DNA from: a virus | Strand: one strand, 5' to 3' | DNA length: 64,000 nucleotides | IMG/VR virus record: IMGVR_UViG_3300046501_000233 | Location: 44,081 to 108,080 of that record | Shown: one piece after another, positions 26,786 through 36,255 of the stretch | Numbering within the stretch: the stretch's first letter is position 1 | How the letters are laid out: every line of letters starts with the position of its first letter | Position numbers and translations under genes: made by a program | Notes under the pieces: generated by a model | What the model was told of the DNA's origin: nothing | Seen by the model: only the letters and a program-made list of their open reading frames with translations | Database searches by the model: none

Positions 26786-27046
26786 TCACGTCCTCTTGGG
26801 CGGCTCGGGTGGGAGCCATGGTGCGTCGAAGATGCCCTTCTCGGCGGCGAGGCACTTCACAGCGCGCTCGACATCGAGGATGCGACCTTCCTTGATTGCA
26901 GCGACCGGCGTCTCTCCTGCCGGCAGGTTCTCGTTGGCGGAGAGCATGAAGCTCTGCGCCTCGGCTGGGCCGACGAGCGGATCCAGCCACTTGATCATCA
27001 GGAATGCCTGCATCGCCTTCGGGCTGGTCGAGATGCTGTCACGCAT
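26786..27046 (-). CDS. Antitoxin Xre/MbcA/ParS C-terminal-like protein
   Basis: 'EAQSFMLSANENLPAGETPVAAIKEGRILDV' resembles the DUF2384 'A..W...PN..L.G.TP...I..G....V' pattern. Confidence 0.5.
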   Translation of the reverse strand: MRDSISTSPKAMQAFLMIKWLDPLVGPAEAQSFMLSANENLPAGETPVAAIKEGRILDVERAVKCLAAEKGIFDAPWLPPEPPKRT

Positions 27047-27652
27047 CGCGCATCGCCATTTCCGTGATGATCTCCTCGGTACTCCGATAGAACTCATCGA
27101 CGTAGAAGCGCTTCAGGCCCTTGCTGCGGGCCGCCTGGGCGCGCTGGAGCGAAGCATTGATCAACGGCAGCCGCCGATCGCCGGAGGCCGCCTTGAGGGC
27201 CAAGAAGGCCGCTGCGTAGATCTCCTGCATCAGCGCCCTACCCGATCATGCCGTGGATAAGCCACGCGAGCGAAAAGCCGATGGCGCCGTCGATCATGAA
27301 GCGCTGGCGGACGTGGAAGCGGTACGCCTCCAGCTGGCGTTTCAGGCGCTTGTTCATGATGGGTCTCCGTGTAGGCGGACGCGATGCGTCTCCCAACCTT
27401 CGGTGTTTACGATGTTGCTTTCGATCTTCAGCGGAAAGGCTGCCCATCCGGGAAGTTCAGCATCGGCGATCTGATCGGTGTCGATCCGAACTTCTCCGAC
27501 AATCGACTTCTCGAACTCGGGATGCGAGAACGGAGCGAAGACAACAACGCCCTCGCCAAAACGCTCCTGAAGCGCCGCCTTGAGGCCGACACTCGATGTC
27601 GGTTCAAGCTTTGTGATGAAGGCCCACAGCGTTCTGATGCACTCGGTCAAGG

Positions 27653-27979
27653 TCACGGCCTCCGGACGAAGTAGTCGGGGGTGTCCTGAAGGATCAGGCG
27701 GACAGCCTCCGGGGTGAATTTCTTCCACTCGTTTTCCGAGTAGCCGTGGTAGCGGGCCAGGAAACGAGCGAGGTGCTCGTGCCGCGGTCGGCGCATGTAT
27801 TCGAAGAGCTTGTTGCGGTCCGCGTCGCGCTGGGCCTGGCGCTCCGTGCGCCACGCGGCGACCTTGCCGAGGAGGTCGATCGACATCAGCAGCAGAACGC
27901 CGACGATAATGGTCAGGCCGACGCCGAAGATCGTGACGGCGACGCGCACTTCTGTCTCAACGATCTCGACCCCGGTCAT
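27653..27979 (-). CDS. Hypothetical membrane protein
   Basis: GAGGAG RBS, N-terminal TM. Confidence 0.55.
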   Translation of the reverse strand: MTGVEIVETEVRVAVTIFGVGLTIIVGVLLLMSIDLLGKVAAWRTERQAQRDADRNKLFEYMRRPRHEHLARFLARYHGYSENEWKKFTPEAVRLILQDTPDYFVRRP

Positions 27980-28179
27980 GCCGGCCTACTCCTCGTAGCA
28001 GTAGCGAGCGGTGAAGCGCTTGGAGAGGTTGTCGCCTTCATTCTCCAGGAAGTCGGCCTGCTGGCGCAGCCACTTCGCGACCAGCTTGCGACCGCGCTTG
28101 CTCATCTCGGGGGCATCCTTGATCGTGACGATCGCGGCGCTCACCATTTTGACATCGGACATTTCGTTCTCCCCTACAG

Positions 28180-28575
28180 TTACGGCCGGCCGCGGCGGCG
28201 CGGCACTCCGACGTCCCACGTCATGTTGTAGGCCTGCTGGTTGCGGCGCTCGTCCATTCGGCGCTGTGCGATTTCCCGGCGCGACATCTCGGCGCGGCCT
28301 GGGTCAATTGCGACCATGATGGCGACCTGCAGAGCCCGAAACAGGATCATCTGGTGGGCGACTTCCTTTGACATCGGACCGAAGCGCTCGATGCGCTCTT
28401 CCATCTGGCTGGGGATGTTTGGGCCATCAAACACCGACATCGCTGGCCGGCGCTGAAGCATCACCTCCGCGTCTCGACCACGGGGTCCGTGGTATGCGGG
28501 AAAGACGTCCCAGTTCTTGAACTCTTCCGCGAACGCTTCGTATGCGGGCACCATGACGTGGGGAGGCAAGGACAT
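28180..28575 (-). CDS. Hypothetical protein
   Basis: Operon context; C-terminal RRRGRP AT-hook-like motif. Confidence 0.5.
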   Translation of the reverse strand: MSLPPHVMVPAYEAFAEEFKNWDVFPAYHGPRGRDAEVMLQRRPAMSVFDGPNIPSQMEERIERFGPMSKEVAHQMILFRALQVAIMVAIDPGRAEMSRREIAQRRMDERRNQQAYNMTWDVGVPRRRGRP

Positions 28576-28714
28576 GAACGGGCTCCGAAAGGGTGGACCC
28601 GTGCTGCCGAAGTGAGCGAGCAACGGGTTCCTGTTTAACTCGTTGGTTCAGCCCTCAAGGGAGAACCAGATAATTCCGATACCGAAGACGAGGCAGCCGA
28701 TGGCGAAGGCGTTC

Positions 28715-29098
28715 TCAGCCATCCTTGGGCTCCTGCTCGAAGAGGCGCGCCTGCTCGATCTTGACCGCGAGGTCCGGCACGAGGGCCAGGACGAAGTCCA
28801 ACTCCGCGGCGGTGCGCAGGCCGTGCCGCGCCATGACGCAGCGGACCGCCTCTATGTTCATCTGGCGCGAAGCGCCCGCTGCAGCCCGCGCCTCCTTGCG
28901 ACGTTCCGTCAGGATCTTCTCGCGCTCACCTATGGTGATGCCGATCCGGAAGAGGCCGGTGCCGGACTGATAGTCGGCGTATGCCTGCGGGCCGAGTAGC
29001 TGCTCCAGGGAGCCCATCGCGTCCTTTTCAGCGAGCCGGTGGTGGTCGAATGCGGTGTGGGCGACTAGGTTTTCAAAGTCCTCGCGGACGCTGGTCAT
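28715..29098 (-). CDS. Hypothetical protein
   Basis: GGAG RBS before MTSVRE. Confidence 0.55.
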   Translation of the reverse strand: MTSVREDFENLVAHTAFDHHRLAEKDAMGSLEQLLGPQAYADYQSGTGLFRIGITIGEREKILTERRKEARAAAGASRQMNIEAVRCVMARHGLRTAAELDFVLALVPDLAVKIEQARLFEQEPKDG

Positions 29099-29381
29099 GC
29101 GCTTACTCCGCTGGAATGCAGAAGGCCGCTTCAACCTTCGAGCGCATGCTGGTGAGCTGGTAGGTGGAGACGAGGCTTCCGACCGTGGCGCCGAGCAGAG
29201 CGAAGAGCACAGCCCACATGGCGACTTGGTTGGGCGCTGAATTGTCAGGCATGCGGGTCACCGAAGTGGTGGGAGAGGAGGCACCCGATGGTGCCGATGA
29301 AGAGAGCGCCGCTCGTGATGAGCAGCAGGTAGAGAACCAGCCGCGCCATCGCGGTCAGGAACTCGATGTCACCCCATGGCA

Positions 29382-29576
29382 TCACACGATGCCGAGCCAG
29401 ATCAGCCAGCCGTGGATGACGCCGACCGGAAAGAAGACCGCACCGGCCACGAGGAACCCCCAGGACGCGGTCTTGAAGCAGACGATGACGTGGGTGAACC
29501 ACGCGGCGATCGCGAGCAGGGCCGCGGCAACGGGCAGAAACAGTCCGAACATGGCGGCGGCGAAGTAACGCGGCAT
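29382..29576 (-). CDS. Small membrane protein
   Basis: AGGAG RBS; 'AAWFTHVIVC...FFPVGVIHG' phage membrane-protein pattern. Confidence 0.6.
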   Translation of the reverse strand: MPRYFAAAMFGLFLPVAAALLAIAAWFTHVIVCFKTASWGFLVAGAVFFPVGVIHGWLIWLGIV

Positions 29577-29606
29577 TCTCTCTCCTGTAGGGCGAAGCCC
29601 TCGCTG

Positions 29607-29848
29607 CAAATTGAAAATCCCGATCGGGAAGAAATGCCGAGACCGACAAACTCTTCCCGATCGGGAGCAGCCCGTGATCGTGCCAACCTCATGTCGCCTT
29701 GCCCTCACAGTCGCGGCGTTGAAGCGGCGGACTGGATCAGCATGGGGTTTGCGGGGCCGGACACCGCCCAATGTCCTGGTTGATAGCCAGGCCACGATCG
29801 CGGGGCAGTTGGGGACCAGTTCCCTCATCGCGAGGTGCGCCGATCCTT
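29607..29848 (-). ncRNA. Structured leader/sRNA ending in terminator-like hairpin
   Basis: Long-range stem CCCGTGATCGTG/CACGATCGCGGG enclosing sub-hairpins; perfect 15-bp inverted repeat TCCCGATCGGGAAGA followed by TTTT; directly downstream of a promoter. Confidence 0.55.
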
Positions 29849-29854
29849 CCCTTT

Positions 29855-29883
29855 TTCATACAGGGGTGGTTTGCATTTGTCAA
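29855..29883 (-). promoter_or_regulatory. Sigma70 promoter driving leftward operon
   Basis: TTGACA, 17-nt spacer, TATGAA; overlapped by TGCAAA motifs. Confidence 0.75.
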
Positions 29884-30066
29884 GAGAATGCAAATGCTAA
29901 TGCGCATTTACAATCTAGAGGGTTGATTCCCTTCAAGATACAACTTGGCCGATGTGTTTGCCGGTTTGCCGGCCGGCTGATCTGGCTGCGGCCCAGGGGC
30001 TCGGCGCCGATCGGCGCGCTGGCTTTGCCGGTTGGATTGCCGGTTCTGGCCGATCTCTCGGCGGCC

Positions 30067-30088
30067 ATATTCACTGCGCAGTGAATAT
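30067..30088. repeat. Perfect 22-bp palindrome ATATTCACTGCGCAGTGAATAT
   Basis: Read directly from the sequence. Confidence 0.9.
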
Positions 30089-30278
30089 CCACGATCCAGC
30101 GAATATCAGCGCAGCCAGCCCCCTTGGGGGTAGGGGGAATCTTCCTGTTTCTAGGGTTGGGTTATAATATAAAGGTACAAGATGTTCGATTATCAGACAT
30201 GGGATGTCTGAATTTCAGACATGGTATGTCGGGCAATCGAACATACCCCACTCGTTCATTTCTTGGTTTGCGACACCC

Positions 30279-30488
30279 ATGGCGCTCCCTACTCCGAAGC
30301 CTTACACGCACGTCCGGCTGATCGAGGACAAGCACCAGATCGACCGCTTTGAGGTCCGCGTTTCGACCTTTGTCGAGTTCGATGACAATCCCGGCCGGCG
30401 CGCCATCAGCGGCCTGCCCACCAGGGAGGAAGCGATGCGGATCGCCAAGGAGATTGCACGGGCCAAGCGGGTCGAGGAGGGCTTCTGA
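30279..30488 (+). CDS. Small hypothetical protein
   Basis: 'FEVR...FDDNPGRR...TREEA...AK..AR' resembles small rhizobial proteins. Confidence 0.55.
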   Translation: MALPTPKPYTHVRLIEDKHQIDRFEVRVSTFVEFDDNPGRRAISGLPTREEAMRIAKEIARAKRVEEGF

Positions 30489-30530
30489 TCCGTCAACAGA
30501 TCACAGCCGGCGTCGTGGACCGTTAACGGA

Positions 30531-30821
30531 TCACTGATCGCGGATCAGCTTGCGTCGGTTGCGCCAGACAGGGTCTTTGGATCGGGAGTGATAGACCGGC
30601 TCCCCCTTCGGATGGAGCGCCTGCATCAGGCCGATCCTGGCGAAATCAGCCGGCCCGCCATTGGCGGCAAGCATCAGCGCCTCAGTCGCGGTCTGCCACA
30701 CCGTGAGCTTCTGGGTCTTGGGCGGAAGTTTGAGGATGAAGTCGCGGGCGTCGGCAAGCGTGCGGATGCTGCCCCCATCAGGAAGCGGCACCGGTTCGGC
30801 AAAGGACGCATGCCAGGACAT
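30531..30821 (-). CDS. Small hypothetical protein (Bradyrhizobium-type family)
   Basis: 'W...F..P..LPDG..I.TL.DA..FI..LP...WQ.A.EAL.LAA...ARIG' pattern recalled from Bradyrhizobium genomes. Confidence 0.6.
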   Translation of the reverse strand: MSWHASFAEPVPLPDGGSIRTLADARDFILKLPPKTQKLTVWQTATEALMLAANGGPADFARIGLMQALHPKGEPVYHSRSKDPVWRNRRKLIRDQ

Positions 30822-30827
30822 GCCGGA

Positions 30828-31046
30828 TCAACCGGTGGCGGCCGGCGGAGTTCCGTCTTCTTCAGGGCGAAGCCCTCGCCGCTCTTGCTCATCCTGAGCC
30901 TGCTTTCGCGCGACCCTGCGCAATTCCTCGGCTTCTCGAAACTCGACGCGCTCCTTGCGCCACGCGGCCCGCCTCTCCCGCACCGCATCCCATTTCGCCT
31001 TGAGGGTGGCAGCCTTCTCAGCCTGCCTCTTCGTCATCTTCTTCAT
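30828..31046 (-). CDS. Basic coiled-coil hypothetical protein
   Basis: K/R/E-rich ORF. Confidence 0.45.
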   Translation of the reverse strand: MKKMTKRQAEKAATLKAKWDAVRERRAAWRKERVEFREAEELRRVARKQAQDEQERRGLRPEEDGTPPAATG

Positions 31047-31173
31047 GGCGCCCACATAGCAGCAAATGGCCTTTTAGGCAGCGCCGCGCGACGGTGAACC
31101 TCCCGAATAGGGAGGGGTCTTTTCCAAGGCCACCCCCCTGTTTGTCCCAAATGTGTATACAAATTTGGGACAG

Positions 31174-31941
31174 CTACGCGGACTTGATGGCGGCGACACG
31201 CGGGTGCACCTGCGCACCACGTCGCAGCGCGACTTCTTTGGCCTCAGCGTTGGCGTTCTTGAGCTGCTGCCTCACCTCGTCGTTGTCGTTGCTGGCCGGC
31301 CAACCTATCGCGTGCGGCAGCGGCGTGTGTGTCGCCAGCGCCAGGGCGACATCGAGCCCGTGCGACTTACCGAATACCGAGAACAGCCGGTGGATGTCGC
31401 GGTGGATCCAGCGGATGTTGCCTTCGCGGTACGGCAGCGTGTCATCCCGCCGGTCGAGCATCGCCGTGCGGGGCATCTTCGGCAGGTCATTGAGCCGCAG
31501 CGGCGTGCCAGTCGCCGAGCACCGGCCCTTCTGTTCTTCATAGGCGCGTAGCGCCGCGCCGGTGTCGAGGTCGAACACGGCGCCGTGCAGCCGCGCCTGA
31601 TCACCCATGGCGGCGAATGCGGCAGGATCGATGCTGACCTCGTCGGCCCGCGATTTCATCTTCAGTTCGTGCGTAGCACGCCGCGCCGCTCGCTCATTGG
31701 CGGCATCCCTGTCTCGGGCATCGCGCTCGATGGTCACGCAGCCCACGCACTTCAGGCGGCCCCGATCGTATTTGAACTGACCAGGGATGATCCACTGCTC
31801 GTGGTCGCAGTCGATGCAGGCGCACAGCCAAGGGATCGCCTGCCCATTGATGGATGGCTCTACGACAGGGCCGCGGCGCAACGCCAGCCAGCCTCCATAG
31901 ACCTTGCCTGTGTGATCTTCGGGTTCTCGGCCGCGGGGCAT
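31174..31941 (-). CDS. HNH-like endonuclease with N-terminal Zn-ribbon
   Basis: 'WLCACIDC...CVGC' plus 'EQKGRCSATG...LDRRD...Y..GNIRWIH'; AGGAG RBS. Confidence 0.7.
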   Translation of the reverse strand: MPRGREPEDHTGKVYGGWLALRRGPVVEPSINGQAIPWLCACIDCDHEQWIIPGQFKYDRGRLKCVGCVTIERDARDRDAANERAARRATHELKMKSRADEVSIDPAAFAAMGDQARLHGAVFDLDTGAALRAYEEQKGRCSATGTPLRLNDLPKMPRTAMLDRRDDTLPYREGNIRWIHRDIHRLFSVFGKSHGLDVALALATHTPLPHAIGWPASNDNDEVRQQLKNANAEAKEVALRRGAQVHPRVAAIKSA

Positions 31942-32094
31942 TTTACTCTCCTGTGAAGCGATGCGCTTGCATTTGCATTATCACAAATGGACACAGGATG
32001 CAAGAGGCGGCTCGTAAATGGTCTTTTGGAGATGCAAAGTTTGGATGTGTTGGCCAACACCGGGGGCCATGTTCAATAAAAAAAACCTCAATGT

Positions 32095-32381
32095 TATCAA
32101 CGACTTGCACCTAGGATAATGTTCTGAGAAGGCTAGGATGATTTTCACTTTCCTTGATTGTATTCCTGTCAAGAATTGCATTCTCATTTTCACTCACAGT
32201 TTCGTGATGCAATTATTTTCGGGTTCCAAGGGTTCACGGGCAGGAAAATGATAACGAGCGCACGGAATCGTTTTCACTCTCACAAGCCATTGAAATCATT
32301 CAACAATCTTTGTCCGAAGGCGTGCGCTTTTCTCTGATTTCGAATGAAAATGGAATTTGTTCCTGCTCTAAGTCATTGATT
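32095..32381. promoter_or_regulatory. IHF binding sites
   Basis: WATCAANNNNTTR matches: TATCAAcgacTTG (32095-32107, +) and AATCAAtgacTTA (32369-32381, -); near-match at 32283-32295 (-). Confidence 0.6.
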
Positions 32382-33301
32382 TCTCTACTCTTATTATTTT
32401 AGCATTTTCATTTGCGTTCCTGTCTGTGTACCCATAGATTGAATTCAAGAGAGAGACGCGGCGGCCACGGCGGCCACTCTCTAGGGGCAAGCGGTGACGC
32501 TTCCCTCCCATCTGCGGGATAGAGGCTAGGCGAAAGGAGATTGTTCTAGGTTGCTAGGTTGCAAGTATGCAGTAGCGAAAATGAAGTCATGAGCGCCTAG
32601 TCGCGTTCCCCCTAGGGGGCATGACAGATTGAGTAGTGAGCGAAAGCAATCCGTGCAGTGCAAGGCGGACCAATGGCGGACACGCGCAAGCGTAGGTTTC
32701 CGGCGGGATGCAATGAGACTGGCAGGCAATGGCCTTCAATGGCCACTAGGGCAATCGAGTTTCGCGCGGGCATGAGACGCGGCCGACGACGAGTCGGATG
32801 AATACTATCGGAAAGCCCTATTCAGTTAGGTAAGCCGGTAGCAACGCGGGCGGACATTACGCCATGAACCTTGTACGGGCAGGTAACCAATCCTGTTTCC
32901 ATGCATTTCATGCGGCGATCTATTGCGAGACGATAGACTGCTAGGCCTCTCATGGCGTGGTGCAAACCGTGAAAATCGAAACCCTGTTGCAATGCCAAGC
33001 TTTGGGCAATTCGATTTTCTGACAGGTACAGCGCTCAATTCATAGCTTGACCATAGGCCAAAACGTATCGCTTTCGCCACGCCGTTTGCGTGGGGCTTAC
33101 GCTTGGAAATGTGGCCATTGAACTAGCCTTGTCCGACTCCCTGTTTCACAAAAACCCCTATCCCTAAGCCAACAGAGTTCGAGCGTCGCTTCAACCCGCG
33201 CTCGGACTCTGTCTGTGCTTTGCCATCTCGGCAAGTCCACACGGTGCATTTGCCCGGATGGCAATCAAGCCATACCGCACACCCAATGGAGTACACTTCC
33301 C

Positions 33302-33925
33302 ATGTCTAAGACCACCGCAGTCAAGGCTACGACTCCGTCTGTCATCACCCTCCTGACCTCGGTCAAGGCGATCGAAACGGCGCTCGATAGCATCAAGAAG
33401 CGCGGCGACGAATTGCAGCGCGATACCCACGTCGCGGCGTGCTCGATCCTCCAGCATGTCGGCAAGCATAAGGACGTGCGCCTCATCACCCGGCTGCTCG
33501 ACAGCCTGCCCAACATGACGCGCAAGAATGCCGTCAAGGCATGGTTCGAGGAGTTCGGCCCGGTCGCATTCGACAACGAAGAGGTGCAGTATATCAAGAC
33601 CGGCAAGACGCGCCTCGGCGACGCCATGGGCAACCCGTTCTGGGACTTCCAGCCCGAGAAGCCCTACGTGCCGGTGTCGGTCGAGAAGCTGCTGGCCAGC
33701 ATGATCAGCAAGCTCACCAAGGACACCAAGGAAACCGGCGTGCGCCATGACGCGGTTATCCGCGGCCTGACCATGCTCAAGGAAGGCGCTGTGGCTGCCG
33801 ATACCGTGCAGGCCATGACGAAGGTTCCGGCACCGCCTGCCACTGTCCCGGCGCCGGCTGCCAAGGACAAGGCCAAGACCACGGTCAAGTCGCTGGCTGA
33901 CCTCGGACAGGCCATCGCGGCCTAA
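33302..33925 (+). CDS. First early-region protein (conserved phage hypothetical)
   Basis: GGAG RBS, strong codon bias; ends AIAA. Confidence 0.75.
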   Translation: MSKTTAVKATTPSVITLLTSVKAIETALDSIKKRGDELQRDTHVAACSILQHVGKHKDVRLITRLLDSLPNMTRKNAVKAWFEEFGPVAFDNEEVQYIKTGKTRLGDAMGNPFWDFQPEKPYVPVSVEKLLASMISKLTKDTKETGVRHDAVIRGLTMLKEGAVAADTVQAMTKVPAPPATVPAPAAKDKAKTTVKSLADLGQAIAA

Positions 33926-33995
33926 TCCACCCATCGCCACCCCTGCCGGCAATCCGGTCGGCAGGGATCGACTCTCCCGACGCCAGAGGTGCGCC

Positions 33996-34340
33996 ATGCT
34001 CCCATCGCCCAACGTGTTCCTCCAAGTCCACCACGACGGCGCATGGCTCACCCCTCGCGACAACCACGGCAAGCGGCTGACCTACGTCATGTCGCGGGCT
34101 CTGGCGCGTGAGTTCGTCAAGGCTGGACGCAATGTCCGGCTGGTCTGGATCGAAGGCGGCGCAACCGCTTGGGATCTGCACAACGGCGCCAAGCTCACCC
34201 CTCCCCCCTCGCACGTCAAGGCGAGGCCCCTGCCGGTCATCCGGCTGAAGCATACCCTCGGACGGGTCGGCAAGCTCGACAAGTCCGGCAAGATCGGAAG
34301 CTGGCTCGGCCCCATGATGCGCGGCGCGCCCTCCCTCTAA
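33996..34340 (+). CDS. Hypothetical protein
   Basis: GAGG RBS, codon bias. Confidence 0.6.
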   Translation: MLPSPNVFLQVHHDGAWLTPRDNHGKRLTYVMSRALAREFVKAGRNVRLVWIEGGATAWDLHNGAKLTPPPSHVKARPLPVIRLKHTLGRVGKLDKSGKIGSWLGPMMRGAPSL

Positions 34341-34347
34341 TTCCAAT

Positions 34348-34452
34348 CAGGTGACGGTCAGGCGTGAAGGTACGTCCTGATTAACAGGCAATGTGGTCGC
34401 AAACGCCGGATGGCTACCATGCACGTTCGATCCGTGCCCTGACCGTCACCTG
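34348..34452 (+). ncRNA. tRNA-like RNA in an extended 15-bp closing helix
   Basis: GGTCAGG/CCTGACC acceptor-like stem stacked on a perfect T-arm GCACG-TTCGATC-CGTGC; CCTG-ATTAA-CAGG arm; long variable arm. Confidence 0.6.
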
Positions 34453-34497
34453 CCCCTCTCCGAAACCATCGACTCTCCCAACGCCACAGGTGTGTCC

Positions 34498-34686
34498 ATG
34501 ATGACCCAGGCTGAAGCACGTCAACGTCTCTCCATCAACCGCATGTCGCTGCGTCGCTCCCCCGGCGGGGACTGGCGCGTCGCATTCGCCGACATCCGCG
34601 ATAACGAGGCATCCGCCTACTACACGGACGACCTCGAAGACGCGGTCATCACCGGTGCCGATATGCGCCGTCGCAATCGGAGCTGA
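34498..34686 (+). CDS. Hypothetical protein
   Basis: 'EASAYYTDDLEDAVIT' pattern common in phage early genes. Confidence 0.6.
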   Translation: MMTQAEARQRLSINRMSLRRSPGGDWRVAFADIRDNEASAYYTDDLEDAVITGADMRRRNRS

Positions 34687-35769
34687 CCCATGTCCGCTCA
34701 GATCCGCCGCCTCGCGATCGAGGCAACCATCCTGTCCATCGTCGCAGTCTCCGGCTGGCACTTCGCCGGCTGGCTGCATCAGTTCTGAGATCCGCCATGC
34801 GCATTGAACCATTCCGCTCCGAGGCATCAGCCCAAGCCCTCGCAACACGACTCGAGAAGCTGGGTCGCACTCCCCTCATCGTCACCGGTCCGCCCGATCG
34901 GTATGACCGCGTCACCCATTTCGTGGTATGGTTCGCTCTATGACCAATCCATCGTCTGACGACCTCATCACCAAACGCCGGGAGACCGGCACCGTATCGC
35001 TCGACCACCTTATCGGGCAGACCGGCTTCCTCGAAGGGAAGCCACGCTCATGGGCCGGTCGTCAGGGTCAGCGCGTGCTGGATGGCTACGAAGCAGCCGA
35101 GGCAGAAGCTCTGTCACGCAAGATGTAGTTTTCAGGCATATACCAGACCGGGGTTTGGAGTATCCGAGTAGCGATTGATCTCTTGGACCCACCATATCTT
35201 GTGTTTGAGGCCTGAGAATACCCCGTAATTGCAATTCGCCTTTTATGGCGAGGGTAAGAAGTTGATGACGGACCATCAGCTTGTTCTCGCTGAAAGCCTA
35301 ATCACAGGTGCTGTTCTGGCTCTGTAGTGAGGCTTACGGCCACATGAGCTACCTGTCCCCCAGTTCAATGGGACCGGCTCTGTACCCTGTCTATGCCCCT
35401 CCTACGGTATGTCTCTCTTGGGGCCGGTTAGCGCGGGCGGCCCAGGAAATTTGGGGCTTTCTGCGCTTTCGTCTCTGGCTGGTTTGTGAGGCGCGACGAC
35501 CTCGATACTGTCGATGCCACCCTTGGGTCTGGCATCTGCGTGGCTCTCTCCGGCTGGCTCTTCCCCTTGGGGTTTGCTCTGTCCGGCGGCCCTCGAAAAA
35601 TCCCCTCGGCGATCGAATTAATTCGCGGCTGGGGAATTACGACCCGAATTATTCGGGAATTGTTTTGGGCTTTTCAGCCCCTTGCGTAGGTATTTAGAGA
35701 CCGCCTGAAGCGTCTCTGGAAGCATCCCTTATCCCACACAACTGCGGCAAATGTATGTTTGCATTTTCA

Positions 35770-35798
35770 CTTGCGCTTCGAAAGCGCATGGTGCAAAT
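35770..35798 (+). promoter_or_regulatory. Putative promoter CTTGC-N18-GCAAAT
   Basis: Same architecture recurs at about 49593 and 59390. Confidence 0.5.
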
Positions 35799-35874
35799 GC
35801 ATGTCGCCGCCAATGCAAATGCAAGCCGAGGCCGTCGAGAGTGGCGAGCGCTCCGCGCTGAAGGAGAGAGTCCG

Positions 35875-36255
35875 ATGACCGCTACCGTTGAACTGAGCAT
35901 CCTGCGTGAGATCCATCGCATGGTGTCCAGCCCCCTGACCTGGACCCAGGGCGGATGCGCCCGCAATGCCCAAGGCAAGGTAATCGACCCCTTCAAGCCG
36001 GAGGCAGTCTGCTTCTGCGTGTTCGGCGCGTCAGTCGTGGCGCAGAAGGGTTCGCATACAAACGGCGGCGCCTTCAGCCGCATCGAGAAGGCCGCCGAGC
36101 AGCTCTATCGATACCCCAAGCCGATCGCCATCAACGATGGCCGCCTGCGCGTCAAGGATGATCCCCACACGGCGATCGTGAACTGCATCAACCTCGCCAT
36201 TTCCCAAGCCGAAGCTGAAATCGCCGCTGAAAATGCGGCGAGCGCTTCGCACTGA
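35875..36255 (+). CDS. DUF6197-like paralog 1
   Basis: 'WTQG..ARN..G...P....A.CFC..GA' motif; AGGAG RBS. Confidence 0.7.
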   Translation: MTATVELSILREIHRMVSSPLTWTQGGCARNAQGKVIDPFKPEAVCFCVFGASVVAQKGSHTNGGAFSRIEKAAEQLYRYPKPIAINDGRLRVKDDPHTAIVNCINLAISQAEAEIAAENAASASH

